Origin: Adineta vaga
Lineage: Eukaryota > Animalia > Rotifera
Length of the DNA: 64,000 bases
Reading direction: 5' to 3'
NCBI GenBank assembly: GCA_021613535.1
Contig: CP075492.1
Location: forward strand, 16,182,001-16,246,000
The notes beneath the pieces were generated by a model that did not search any database, was not told the origin of the DNA, and saw only the letters and a list, made by a program, of their open reading frames with translations. Positions 11,538-24,508 of this stretch are shown here, piece after piece. The first letter of the stretch is position 1, and every line of letters begins with the position of its first letter. A program made the position numbers and the translations under genes.

Positions 11538-14500
11538 ATGAGTAAAGAAAATCTTTCATTAATATGGTCTAAACTTATTGAAAATCGTCGGAATAATTGT
11601 CCATTCTTTCGATCACGTACATGTCATATCTATAATCATCGTTCAAGACAACCACCTGATAATCCAAAACAGACCTGTCCTTGTGGTCGATTCATTGGTC
11701 GTCATAGTCTTACTGATGCTTGTTTGGAGTCAGAAGCAGGCGAGACGTGGATTCCTCCAACAAAATTTGATGATAATGAAATTCATTCCTGTCAAGTTAT
11801 GATTAATGTTTATGGTACATTAAAACCACATGGTTGCAATTTTCTTCGTATGGACAATCGAATTAATAATGATAATCTGAATGAATTGTACTATTTGATT
11901 TTGGAAGATTGTGGTGGAAAGAAACCAAGTCTAATTGTAAACATATCTGGTGGAGCAAAATATTTTGTCTTAAAAGAACAATTACAGACAGAAGTTGTCG
12001 AAGATATCATTGATATTGCTGCAAAAGCTGGTAATTGGTACATCTATTCATGTTTGTTTTTAATTTTATAAGTTTTTTTTTGTTATAGATGCGTGGATTC
12101 TCACTGATGGTACTAATACAGGTATATCAAAACTTATTGGTGAAGGTATATCACATTATCGTATATTACATAATTATTCCAATAAAATCAAATGTATTGG
12201 ATTAACTATGTGGGGTTCATTAAACGAAGAGGCACGACGAAATCTTAAAAAGTCGACACCAGTAAACTAGAAATATTCGATGAATTAATTGTAACAAAAT
12301 CTATTCTTCATAGGAATATCCTGAAGAATTACTTCTACGACAAATTCCTTTTGAAAAAGAAGAAGATGAAAATAGAATTGAAGAAAATCATACACATTGT
12401 ATTCTCTTCGATGATGGACGATTAAATGGACATCTTACTGATTTACATAGAGACAAATTTATTGTTGCTGCTTGTAATGACAGTGGTTCAACATGTATGT
12501 TTTTTATTTTGTATTTTAAAATGAACGAAAAATTCTTTTTCAAGGTTATGCTATCACAATTATCTTTGGAGGAGATTTAACTGAACTTAAAGTCTTCGAA
12601 AATGATATTCAAAATAAACGTCCAATAATACTTATTCAAGTAAATATTTCTTAAGTCATTTCTTACAATCTATATGCTTATATATATATATATATTTATA
12701 GGGTAGCGGTCGATTAACAGATATGTTAACTTCATTACTTGAATTGACTTCAAATAGTACATGGAATAAATATTGGTAATATGAAAATACAAATCATTTC
12801 TTGTTATTGTTTATGAATTTTTATAGGAATCCAACGGATGGAGAAATTCGTACAGCCTTTGATTCTTACTTTCCTAGTTATACTGATCAAGAATCGATTG
12901 ATGCACTCAATCGAATTAGAAATATTCTCGACAAGAAAAATCGATATTTATTCAATATTTTTTCTTTTGATCGTGGTAGTACATTAACAACATCAGTTTT
13001 CAATGCTATTTTATCAGGTATTATAGAAAAGATCAAACATTCTCTTCATATATTTCTTACTTTCCCTTTATAGCTAAGAAAATCGGTAAAGAAGAGAGAG
13101 AAGATAGTGATATATTTAATGATTCTCCGGAAGTAAAACGTTCTTTACATGAAAATCGATTACTTGAATTAGCATTTCAATGGGATTATATTAGTGGAGC
13201 TACACCCATATTACAAAGATGGCAAGATGAGATATTGAACAAGAAATTGAATATGTTTGAAGTAAATTCTCTCATATTGAAATAAATATGAATATATTTT
13301 ATTTTAGAAACATGAGATGCGTGAAAACGAATTATTCAAGAAATGTCTCGAACATAATCGACCAGCATTTATTGACTTTTTCTTAACTGCTGGCTTCGAT
13401 CCACGTGATCTAACAAAAACAAAGAATTATTCTGAATGTGAACAAATCATTTGGCAATTATATAATCAATGTCGTCAATCAATGTCTGAAGTAAATATAG
13501 AATTAAAATAGAAAGTTCTTTGTTTTTTCTAGACTAAATTTTATTTATTGAAGAGAAAACAAATTCATATTGCTTCATTATTTGGCAGAAGATCACCCGA
13601 TTCTAAAGAACATATTTATCGCAAGTTACACAAATTTATTGGACCATTCGTTCATCGAATGGATATTCGTTCTTCTCATAATTCTAAAAAACACATTTGT
13701 ATTGATTTTAATAATTGTATGCATTATTATCGTCGATGGAAACAACATTCACATAATCAGTTCGACACTGATACTATCATTCTTAATGAAATTAATATCG
13801 AGAAAGAATATGGAAAAGATCAAATGTTGCGAGATCTTTTCTTATGGTCTGTTTTTATGAATATGCCAGATATGGCCAAAGTACTTCTTGTTCATGTTCA
13901 ATCACGTATTTGTGCATCTCTTATTGCTTCCGCTATTTTTAAACAATATGCTAAATTAGCTGATACAGTCTATCTAGAAGAGAAACTACGTACTCAAGCA
14001 TTGAATTTTGAAATATATGCTGCAACTTGTATCGATAAATGTTATGAATTTAACGAAAGAACAGCTTGCGAATTACTTTATCGACAAGTACCACTTTTTG
14101 GTTATGTGACATGTATGCAAGTAATTACGAAGATCTTCATATCTGTGAATATAAAAGAATATTGAAATTATTTTTTCAGATAGCAATCTCTAGTAAGAGT
14201 GAAAAACTACTACAGACAGCTTGTTTTGATCAAGCTTTGAAATTAGTATGGTATAATCAACTAGCACTTTCGAATAGTCAATTAAAGACAAAACCTTTTC
14301 TGTTTTTTTCTGCTATACTCTTTGGTTTTCCAGCACCGATAGCTATGGAATATCGAAAGCCAGAAAGACACTCGATAATAGTATGTATTTTTCAATAATT
14401 TCGTTGATCTAAAAGTTTTATTATTTAGAAGGAAAACATCAGTTTTGAGTGAGTTTATTTTATATGATGTCATAAGAGTAGTACTACATACATTATATTT

Positions 14501-16641
14501 GCATATAGTTTGTCATTAGAAGGAATTAACTATTATAATAATGAAGAAGATTCAAAGAATTGGTCGTGTTCTAAATACTGGTGTCGTTTTCGATATTTTC
14601 ACGAAAGTCCTGTCGTTAAAATGTATTATCATTTTGTAAATATTCTATTCATTTATTTTTCATATATTCATGTGTATTTATATCTTTATATATATATATA
14701 GATTAGTTACGTGTTTTTTCTACTCATATTCAGCTATATGATGCTCTATCATATTGATAATCCTGCAATATCGAAGATTCATTGGACTGAAATCTATGTA
14801 ATTGTTACAGTTACGACTATGCTACTCGAAGAAATTCGAGAAGTAAAAGAAATTGTTGATTGTTATTTTAAATCAAAAGATTTTTATTTTATTTTCTAAA
14901 GATATTATATGAATATCATGCGCAAATGCTTGAATTGTCTATAACATCAGAATCATCTATACAAACATGGATAGCAAAATCGTTTATTATTTTACCTTAT
15001 ATTCTCTTTTATTTGGGCATAGGTCTTCAATTTAGTTCGAAAAACAATGATGATGTTCTTATATCAGCTAGGTCTGTTGCTATTTCTGTTTTCTTTTTTT
15101 TTATGTTCGATTTTAAAAATCATTTTTTATAGAATTATTTTAGCATTTGATCTGGAAATTTGGTATCTTCAATCATTAAGATTTATTATTGCTTTTAAAT
15201 TTCTTGGGCCTAAACTTTTTATGCTTAAGAACATGGTTAATATTGAATTGTTTTCACTATATTTCTAGAAATATCTGATTTATTTTCTAGCTCTGTGATC
15301 TATTTGCATTTGTATATTTAATATTCATAGCCATTATTGCTTATGGAGTTGTATCTCGTTCTTTACTTTTCTATAAACAAATTCCCTTTACTGCTCATGG
15401 TATTTTTAAAGGTATTTTCTATGCTCCCTATTGGTTTCTTTATACAAACATTGCTGATAAAGATTATCTTGACGGTATGTTTATCTAGTTTTCCTTTTAT
15501 TACACGTCTAGATATTCTTTTAATGTTTATTAGAGAGAATTCAAAATGAAACACATGAATTTTTTGCTGAAGCAACAGCTACTGAAATTCTTCTTTGTTT
15601 CCATATGTTATTTGTGAATATTTTGTTACTCAATCTACTTATTGCTGTTTTTGCGTCAGTGTTACAATATAAGATTAGAACTTTTCTAGAAAAACAAATT
15701 TTATTTATTTCTTATTATATAGTGATACAATCGGTAAAGTTCAACAAAATACGGAATTTTTTTGGCGTTACCAACGATATTCATTTGTTCGAGAATATTT
15801 TCTACGTCCAATTCTTGCTTATCCACCATTAACTATTATTCCACATATTATTCTACTTAGCTATGCCATCAAAAATAAATTCTTTTCAATTTTCAAACAA
15901 AATCCATCAACATCGAAAATATGGACTCCTGTTTTCAGTAAGTCTTGCTTGATTTTCACAAGGGGGAAAACGCGAGCTCCTAAAAACTCCGATAGGTGCT
16001 GAGATTCTGTCGGCACCTTCCTCCTTGGATTTACACTATCTAAAAGATGTTGACAATAGTATAATCTAGAAATGATTCCAAAAACAGATGGGACACTTGA
16101 TATACATTGGAACATGTTTGAAAATGCAGCAACACATAAATATGCGCGATCAATCTTGGAAAAAAATAAAAAGCGAAATGTTTTATCTCTGAATGAAAAT
16201 ATCCTTGAAAAAACAACAATGGCAACGACAGTATTAAAGTATATTGTTTTAATAAATTTTGAATGTGAAATAGTTTCTTTTTCTTACTCAATATAGTTCT
16301 GATGCAATCACGACAAATAATGTCACTGAAAATTTAACATCGATTAAAGATGAAAATGAGTCAATATCAAGTATCAAAGAAGATATAATCTTGTTAAAAT
16401 CAGCGTTCTCTGAAATACAACAAGATCTAAATAAAGTAAGAATGAGAATAGTTCAATGTCGAAAGTTTTTTTTCTCCATATCTTAAATAATTATGTTTTA
16501 TCAGTAACGAAAATTAGAAAGTTATGTATAGTTTGACAGATATTTGTGGATTTTTATTTTAAAAGAAATTCTTTTGTATTCTAGATAATCGCTTCTCAAC
16601 ATTTGTTAATAGAAACTATTTCACATTCCAAATCAAATTAA
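11538..16641 (+). CDS. TRPM-family cation channel (SLOG/MHR N-terminus, TM region, coiled-coil tail), many exons
   Basis: CxCGR..H, PSLIVNISGGAK, AWILTDGTNTG, NHTHCILFDDG, DLFLWSV, LGPKLFMLKNM, NILLLNLLIAVF, FWRYQRY TRP box. No Nudix domain seen. Confidence 0.85.
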
Positions 16642-17053
16642 TTGTGAAAAATATCATTGTCCAATATTAATACTATTACAAAAGAACTTCTACACATGTC
16701 TATATGTTGATAAAATAAAATCTCTCACATTTTATTCGTGTTTTTATAGATTTAGCTTTATTGTTTTCATTTATATTAACAATAATTTGTAAAAACATGT
16801 TAGCGTCACTCCTACAAGATTAAAAATATGAAACACGACAGAGCTGCATACTCAGTGAGTTTATAATTAGATTTCTTTTGACTTTATCATTTTTTCGGAT
16901 CGTATTTCCTAAAAACTCATGAAAAAGAGGAAACATGGGGAGAACACAATAACAACACGCACACCCTCAATTTAATTCAGAAGATAATGAAATTATTGGA
17001 AATCAGTTGCTTTATTGAATCGTCTTAAAAAATTATAGAAATAAAAATCGTTC

Positions 17054-19098
17054 TTATTTTGAAAAAGTTTGATTTAATTGTGGAAGAGTAACATTAACAC
17101 GTAAAATAGATGCTAAATGACTCATTGAAACAAGTGTAAAAAATTGTCGTAATTGATCGGCTTCTTCAACAGTTAAAACATGTGGAATTTCCTGAATATA
17201 CTGTTTAGTATTTTCAAATAAACCACCTAAAACGCTTCGTGATTTTTTAACAATTAATAAATCATTTGCTATTTGCCAATCTGAATTGATATCCACAAGA
17301 AAGAATGAAGCTGTTTTATTGATTCGATCAGCATTTTTATATAAAGTTAGAAAACGATATTTTCCATTATTTGTTGGTGAATAAAGATAATCGACACGTT
17401 CCCATGCAAACTGTTCAGAATAAGTTAATCCAAGCATAAAACTTGCTTTTGTTGGTAAATCATAATCGATCTGAATTGCATTTAAAAATTGTTCGGCACG
17501 TTTTGATGGAATATTCATCACTTGTAAAACAGTAGATTTTTGTTGAAAATATGTGAAACCAAATCGAGTCGTTCGTTCAATTGTTTTTGAAGTACTAGTT
17601 TTCAATGCACCAGCAATTGATTTCCAAGCTTCAGCTGCATTTTTCACTGCGTTTGATAAAGCATTGACTTTATCAAGAAAAGCTCCACGTCGTTCACGAT
17701 GATGATGATGGTTATTATTATTATTCAATTGATTTTCAAAGAAAGCCGATAATAAACGAGGTTTTTCCGGATTTAATTTCACTGCAGCAATAAAACGAAA
17801 CATATTTAAGACAATTTTCGTTGTTTCAGACTTCCACAATGGATATCTTGTCAAAAGATTTTCATCGAAAAATTCCCCATATTGATTAAATTTTGAAATA
17901 CGTATTATATTGAATTGTTGTTTATTTGTATCCAGATCTTTTGATTGATTTGAAAGAAGAGTATTTATTAACACTTCGGAAGTTATATTACTACACAAAA
18001 ATTCAATTGAATATGATGAATTATCAATCTTTTGAGCAAGAATCCAAATATATTTCATTGAAATACGTTTTTTTGATATTGTATAGAGATTTTCATAAGA
18101 TATTGATTTTGATGAAAATTGTGTTTTAAAATACTTATTGAATTCAAATTGATAATCTTTTGATAATGCTAATAGAACTGTTGAAAGATATTTTTCATCT
18201 ATTTTTGTTAATTTCAATATTTGACTGGAGAATTTTAATGAATTTATAGATGATTGTAATGTTGAAAGAATTGTATCATTATATGATTCATATATTTCTT
18301 CTTTTACTTTATTATTTGAAAAATATTTTTCAATTATTTCATTTAATGAAATATTTTTATAATCGAATTGTAAAGAACGTTTACCAATTGTTTTATTTGA
18401 GATTTGTTGATTTAACCAAATGAATTGTTCAATTTTCATTTGATTTTTAATCATATTTATTTCTTCTAAAGTAATTCCACGTGGAATATTTATATGTTGT
18501 TCTTCACAACAACAATCTCGTCGCCAAAAACAGTTCGCACATCGATGACAATTTCGTTGAATAACATGTGTATATTGTTGTTTAATCATTGCATTAGAAT
18601 TTATAATAATATAATTTACATTTATAATTGATGATGAATTCAATCGTTTTGCTTCAATCAATAATGTTGATAATGAAATACCTGATTTTGTATCAAAAAT
18701 AAATAATTGTGAGACTGATGAACCTTCATCAATGCCGAAAATTAATAATTTCACATTTCGAATTCCTTCATCGAGAAATTCGGATGGAATTGACCAACGA
18801 CTCATAATACAATCAATTGTTGTTTCTTGAATTTGTGATGAACCAATCGATCCATTAGTTAACGGTAATTCCATATATAAACTCCAATTACCTAGAATAT
18901 GATTCTTTACAAAAGAAATTTAATCTAAAGATTTTTCATCTTACCTATTGATGTTACGTTTAATATCGTTGCAAGTTGTTTTAAACCAACAAATTGATTC
19001 AATGATCGACTAGTTACTTTCATAATAGGTGAAGCATAAAATGTTTGACATGTGATGAACACATGTAAAAGTAATGAACAAACTAAAAGTAATCGCAT
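17054..19098 (-). CDS. Secreted protein of unknown function with three related domains (intron 18892..18944)
   Basis: A signal-peptide exon (MRLLLVCSLLLHVFITC) splices in frame to the 606-aa ORF. Cys cluster CHRCANCFWRRDCCC; GKR and RERR sites. Confidence 0.75.
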
Positions 19099-19529
19099 TA
19101 TTTCGCAATGAAAATATTCTTCAATCAACAGAGTATTTATATTAAGAATATTTTTCCAATCGACGAAATAGTTGACTAATTAGAAATTAGAAATTATTGC
19201 GATTTTTTTAATGAAATTTCCAAGTTTATTCATTTAAAAATATCTCAATAGCGTCATTCATCTGATAAAATCTTGATATTTTTTAAACTTTCAATTAATC
19301 ATGAGACATGTCAATCAAAATCGATATGATATTAATTATATCTTTTGAAATATTACTACACCTTTTTTTTCTTTCATTTGATTGATGAAATTATTAATAA
19401 ACTTAAGAATCACAATTCAAACTAAATGATAAGAAAATATTGTTTTCAAAGGTTATCAATATATCAAATGACTTAGAATAAAAGATATGTAAATTTCGTT
19501 ACAATTTGACTTTCGAAAGATTTTTTTGA

Positions 19530-20080
19530 ATGAATAATCGATTTAATCTTCGTCGTGCAATTGATCGAGACAATATTGCACTTTCTGAACTTAATCAACA
19601 AGTATTTCGTGAAACATTTATTGATACTTTTATAATTCCTGTTGATGAAGAAAATCTTCAATATTATTTTGATAAGTCAGTTAGTCCGGTAATATTTGCA
19701 AACAAAATTGCAGATACAAAACAAGCAATATGGGTTATAGAAGATACAATGCATGATGATGAATTGGTGGCATTTATTAATGTTGGTCCATGTTATTCGT
19801 ATCTTTCTGATCTGAATCTAAGTGAAGATGGAGAAATTTATCGTTTATATGTTCGAAAGACGCATCATGGTTATGGACTTGGTCGATGGCTTTATCTTGG
19901 TTAGAAGAACACTTTCCTGGATGTTCGATTTCGTTAGTTGTGCATATCAATAATTTCAAAGCTCAAAATCTTTATAAACATTACAAATTTGAGAAAGTCG
20001 CTGATCTTGATTATAATATTGGTGAATATAGAGCTCCGAATTATATTATGCGACGAAAGAGTTTTTTATCAGAATATTGA
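19530..20080 (+). pseudogene. GNAT acetyltransferase, frameshifted near 19890
   Basis: EIYRLYV...HHGYGLGR motif A in one frame; ALSWLE...N.KAQNLYKHYKF in another. Intronless, microbial-type. Confidence 0.7.
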
Positions 20081-20314
20081 TTTTTATTCATTGAAAATAA
20101 AAGAAGAAACTACATTGCAAAACTCGATGTTTTTCTTTTCTTTCAGACCACAACGAACGATCGTCGACTTGATAGCTCGCATGTCTATTTTTTATTCTGT
20201 TCTCCTTCATATAAATAACACAAGAGAATACGACACGTGGCTAACGCGATGAAAACAACAAGGACGAGATACACATCATTACTTCGTATTTTTCTTTTCT
20301 ATTAGACATAGGAA

Positions 20315-21286
20315 ATGATTCGTCGAGTATATGCAGGTGTTGTTAAAACTCTTGGTCAATCTCCAGTCTATGAATTAATTGATGTACCATCACCATCAAC
20401 AAATCAAATTCAAATTCAAGTACTTGCTGCTGGTATTCATCGAATTGTTCGATCCATTGCAAGTGGTCAACATTATGTTAAAGTAAATACATTACCACTT
20501 GTTCCAGGTATTGATGGTGTTGGAACACTTTCAAATGGAAAAAAAGTTTATTTTATAACAATGAAACCTCCGAATGGTAGTTTTAGTCAATTCGTTAATG
20601 TTGATCCGGAAATGACAATTTCTCTTCCTGATTCAGCTGATCCAATTCTTTTTGCTGGTATAATGAATGCTGGTTTAGCTTCGTGGACAGCTTTAACTGA
20701 ACGTGCACGTATACAATCAGGTGAAAGTGTATTAGTTCTTGGCGTCACTGGAAGTGCAGGTGAAATGGCAGCCTTATCAGCACGTTTACTTGGAGCAAAA
20801 CGTGTTATTGGTGTTGGAAGAAATCAATCAGTTCTTGATCAATTAGTTAAAGATGGAAAAATCGATAGTTCGATTCCTTTAGTTGATGATGAAACACAAT
20901 TTCAAGAATTAATCGGTAAAGAAGGTGCTGATGTTGATATTGTTATGGATTTTCTTTGGGGAAAACCAACTGAACTGACAATGAATGGAATTCAATCAGC
21001 ACGAAAAGATTCAACACAACGTTTACGTTGGATACAAGTTGGACAAATGGCTGGTCCAACAATTCAATGTTCAGCTGGTCTTTTAAGAAGTAAAAATATT
21101 GAAATTAGTGGAAGTGGTATTGGTCCAATTTCGATTAAAGATATGTTAAAAAGTCTTGAAAGTATGGTACCGATGGTTATTGAAGGAAAATTAACAACAT
21201 CGATTTTATCATTTCCATTAAAAGATATTGAAAAGAAATGGAGTGAAACAGCAAATGCAAAAGAACGTGTTGTTGTTGTCATGTAA
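20315..21286 (+). CDS. MDR-family (quinone oxidoreductase-like) dehydrogenase, probable HGT
   Basis: PLVPGIDGVG, VLVLGVTGSAG nucleotide-binding motif, DFLWG, QVGQMAG; intronless; resembles bacterial/fungal members. Confidence 0.85.
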   Translation: MIRRVYAGVVKTLGQSPVYELIDVPSPSTNQIQIQVLAAGIHRIVRSIASGQHYVKVNTLPLVPGIDGVGTLSNGKKVYFITMKPPNGSFSQFVNVDPEMTISLPDSADPILFAGIMNAGLASWTALTERARIQSGESVLVLGVTGSAGEMAALSARLLGAKRVIGVGRNQSVLDQLVKDGKIDSSIPLVDDETQFQELIGKEGADVDIVMDFLWGKPTELTMNGIQSARKDSTQRLRWIQVGQMAGPTIQCSAGLLRSKNIEISGSGIGPISIKDMLKSLESMVPMVIEGKLTTSILSFPLKDIEKKWSETANAKERVVVVM

Positions 21287-22197
21287 TATTTCTTAAAATA
21301 AAAATTACTTTAGAAATGACAAAAATTTAATCGATCTCTATTGATTTATGTCATTCTTTTGTTCAACAAAATATATTCAAGATTGAAAAGAATAGTATTT
21401 CTACTGAATATACGTTTGAATCATAGTTTTAAATAGAAAAAAGATACATCTGTTAATAAGGAAGTGCGTCCAAGTATTTTTGATAATAAACTGTAAAACC
21501 TTTTTGTTTTCTTTCGATTGTTTATCATTATTCTTATTAAACAATGTATCATTGTTTTTTTTATGTCAAATATCTAAAAAGAGAGAAAAATCGTTTCTAA
21601 ATTAATTATTTTTATTGACGTCATATCATAATATAAAATTCTGTCGTTTGATTTGATTTTTTTCTATTGGTAATTCTTTGTCAGACATAGTTGATCAATA
21701 TTCATCTTTGTGATTCTGATGGTCAATGTGATTCAAATAGTTTTCGTGAATTCAAAGAAAAGAAAATCACGTTTACGCATGTTGTATTGAATGTGCTAAA
21801 GAACGAGAAGGTTGTTTCGAATAAGCATCGTTCAGTCTAGATATATGTTGTGATGGTCTTCTTGGTACGACGTCGTCATGTGTGAAAAATGAAACTACCA
21901 ATGCTTAAACTGACCGATTTTTCTTCGTAGTTTGTGATATAAGAGTTGAATTATTCTCGCTGTTATCTTTATCAAAACTAATAAAATTTATCTCTTTTAA
22001 AAACTGTCATATCTAATATTGTTCGACACGTGTATCCATACGATGCTATGGAATATAACCTAGTAAAATTACATAATAGTTCATTTGTCTCGAATGCTTG
22101 ACTTCACATGACTCATTTACCAATCTACTGATGAATTTTATCTTTTAAAGAAAAATAAATGATGATTATTAGGAAGTTTTCTTTTGTCTATTTTTAA

Positions 22198-23880
22198 TTA
22201 AATATAAGAAAATACCCAAGAATAAAGTTTCGTATGTCTCATTTGTAAATGTATTCGAATTCCATTGGAATAAGTCACAAGTGGAGTTAAATCTCCAGTG
22301 TAACTTCCATTTTGTCGATTGAATTGTAAAAGTTGTCTGATACCATTTTCATGTAATCTTTTACAATCTCCAAATGAATAACCTGCAATGGGATTTTGAC
22401 TAATTCCATCTTCAAATTGAATAGATAAAAATCCCGCTGTTGCTACATTAGCATTGATTCGTAATTGTAATTGTTTATTTGTTAAATTTATTTTCGGTAA
22501 TGATAAGATTTGAGAACGAAATGAACCAAACCCTGTTGGATTTGATATTAAGGTTGAAAGAGCAACATAACCTTCGCGACGTAAACGTGCTTTAAAGATT
22601 CCTGAATAAGCACCAGGCCAATATCGACCTAAAACTGTTCCACCACCTGCATGTGTTGTTTGTGAACCCCAATAAATATGATACATCCATGGTGTTGGAT
22701 TGTCATTGGATAAATGAATAAAATCAGGATCTAATAAACCATTTGATGATGAAAATACAAATCCAGCATCACGATCACTTCCAGTTCCATTAACTAATTT
22801 AGTTTTAGGATCAATTGTTCCAATGCCACGTGAAATAAATGGATCTCGTGTTGGAAATTGATATGGACCAAGCGCCGTACGACTGACAGCTAATCGAATG
22901 TCCATAACACCATCATTGCCTGCAGCAAGTGGAATAGGTGCACCGGAATCATTTGCTGGCCAATGCCAATAAGCCGAAGGAAAGATAAAATAGATTCCAT
23001 GATAATACAATGCAGCTGGATTATAACTATCAAAACATTGAACTGAATCAGGTAGACCAATTGAAAATGCTTCCATTGGAATTGTCCATGGACCATATAT
23101 ATCACCCGATGATGTTGTTACCATTACTCTTCGAAAAGCAGGATTAGCACCTGGACAATAAACAGTACTATTTTTGACGAACCAGTCTGCTCTACCATAT
23201 AAAACATATTGTCCACCATTATCCGGTGAATAAAACATTGCTGTTTGTGTATCAGATAAACCAGCAAGTGGATGTGCTGGTCGAAGTCCAGGTGTCCATC
23301 GAAATCCATCATCAGATGTTGCGACATAAACATAACGAACAAATTCATTTTCATATGTCATTTTAAAGATTTCCGAAAGAGATGTTCCTGGCCGTGTATC
23401 AATAAAAACTGTACCTAAAAATTCATTGACGTTTGTTGTAAATACAATATTCGTTGGGACGCCAGGTTTTGTTCCATGTGCTGTATAAGGATAATACCAT
23501 AATAATGGTTTTTCCCAATGAATTCCATCACTACTATTAGCAATACATACAGATACATTATCATTGTAAATGACCGTCGAAGAATCAACACAGGCATAAT
23601 AAATTATATACATCGGTTGTCCTGTTATTGATAATTCTGATGGAACTTGTAAAAAACTATTATAAAAATGTACAGCAGCTTCCCAGGGATATTCAGGATA
23701 AACAATTGGATGATCCAGATCTTTTTCTATATGACCATTTTCAAATTCCAAATCGACCATATCTTCAATATATTGATTATCGACAAATAAGTGAATACCA
23801 ATATTCAATGGTATGATTTCAGATGTTTGAATTAATTTTAAGTTTATCAATACGAAAAATACTAATTTCAAGATTTTCAT
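22198..23880 (-). CDS. Secreted beta-propeller glycoside-hydrolase-like protein (GH32/43/130-like fold), probable HGT
   Basis: Signal peptide; HLFVD, PEYPWE; Asp-box-like SSDGIHWEKP and SDDGFRW; C-terminal LRREGYVAL..LRINA..KLYS pattern; intronless. Confidence 0.7.
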   Translation of the reverse strand: MKILKLVFFVLINLKLIQTSEIIPLNIGIHLFVDNQYIEDMVDLEFENGHIEKDLDHPIVYPEYPWEAAVHFYNSFLQVPSELSITGQPMYIIYYACVDSSTVIYNDNVSVCIANSSDGIHWEKPLLWYYPYTAHGTKPGVPTNIVFTTNVNEFLGTVFIDTRPGTSLSEIFKMTYENEFVRYVYVATSDDGFRWTPGLRPAHPLAGLSDTQTAMFYSPDNGGQYVLYGRADWFVKNSTVYCPGANPAFRRVMVTTSSGDIYGPWTIPMEAFSIGLPDSVQCFDSYNPAALYYHGIYFIFPSAYWHWPANDSGAPIPLAAGNDGVMDIRLAVSRTALGPYQFPTRDPFISRGIGTIDPKTKLVNGTGSDRDAGFVFSSSNGLLDPDFIHLSNDNPTPWMYHIYWGSQTTHAGGGTVLGRYWPGAYSGIFKARLRREGYVALSTLISNPTGFGSFRSQILSLPKINLTNKQLQLRINANVATAGFLSIQFEDGISQNPIAGYSFGDCKRLHENGIRQLLQFNRQNGSYTGDLTPLVTYSNGIRIHLQMRHTKLYSWVFSYI

Positions 23881-24094
23881 CTTTCAGTTGTTTTTTTTAA
23901 CTAAGAGAGTTTTGTCTAATATTTGAATGAAATAGATAAAAATTATATCAACAATGATAAGAAAAGTAAAACAATGTATCTGCTTTTAAAAAACTTTCAA
24001 TTATTTATTAATATCAATACAATAAAACTCCGTTAAACTTTATTATCATTGTTTTTTCTCATCTCGATGAAATATATTTGAATAAATAAAAGAT

Positions 24095-24508
24095 TTAACC
24101 AGAATTGTAACAAGCAGCAATTTTATTCCAATAGCCTTGTGTAGCAGCAATTTTACAACCATTTGGTCCACCATTATGAATTCTTGCATAATCTTGACAT
24201 GTTGGTGCTCGTCCTCCGGTACATCGTGTACCATATCTTGTCATATAGGCTTGAACACATTTTTCTGAACAAGCTTTGTCTTTTGAACAAGCTTCAAGTG
24301 AACCACCAGGTGAACCGCAATCAATCCAATAATTTTGTTTTAATTGATAATAACCACATGAATTTGAATTGACATCCCATGCACATCCAAGTGGACGACA
24401 ACCACCGGATTCAATTTGACAAAGACAATCAAGACATTTTCGATCTACTTGAGCAAAGATTGTCAAGGATAAACATAAAAGTATACTTAAAACAAAGATT
24501 TGATGCAT
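24095..24508 (-). CDS. Invertebrate-type (i-type) lysozyme/destabilase
   Basis: Signal peptide; CLxCLCQIESG, SCGYYQLKxxYWIDCG, ARIHNGGPNGC. Confidence 0.95.
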   Translation of the reverse strand: MHQIFVLSILLCLSLTIFAQVDRKCLDCLCQIESGGCRPLGCAWDVNSNSCGYYQLKQNYWIDCGSPGGSLEACSKDKACSEKCVQAYMTRYGTRCTGGRAPTCQDYARIHNGGPNGCKIAATQGYWNKIAACYNSG

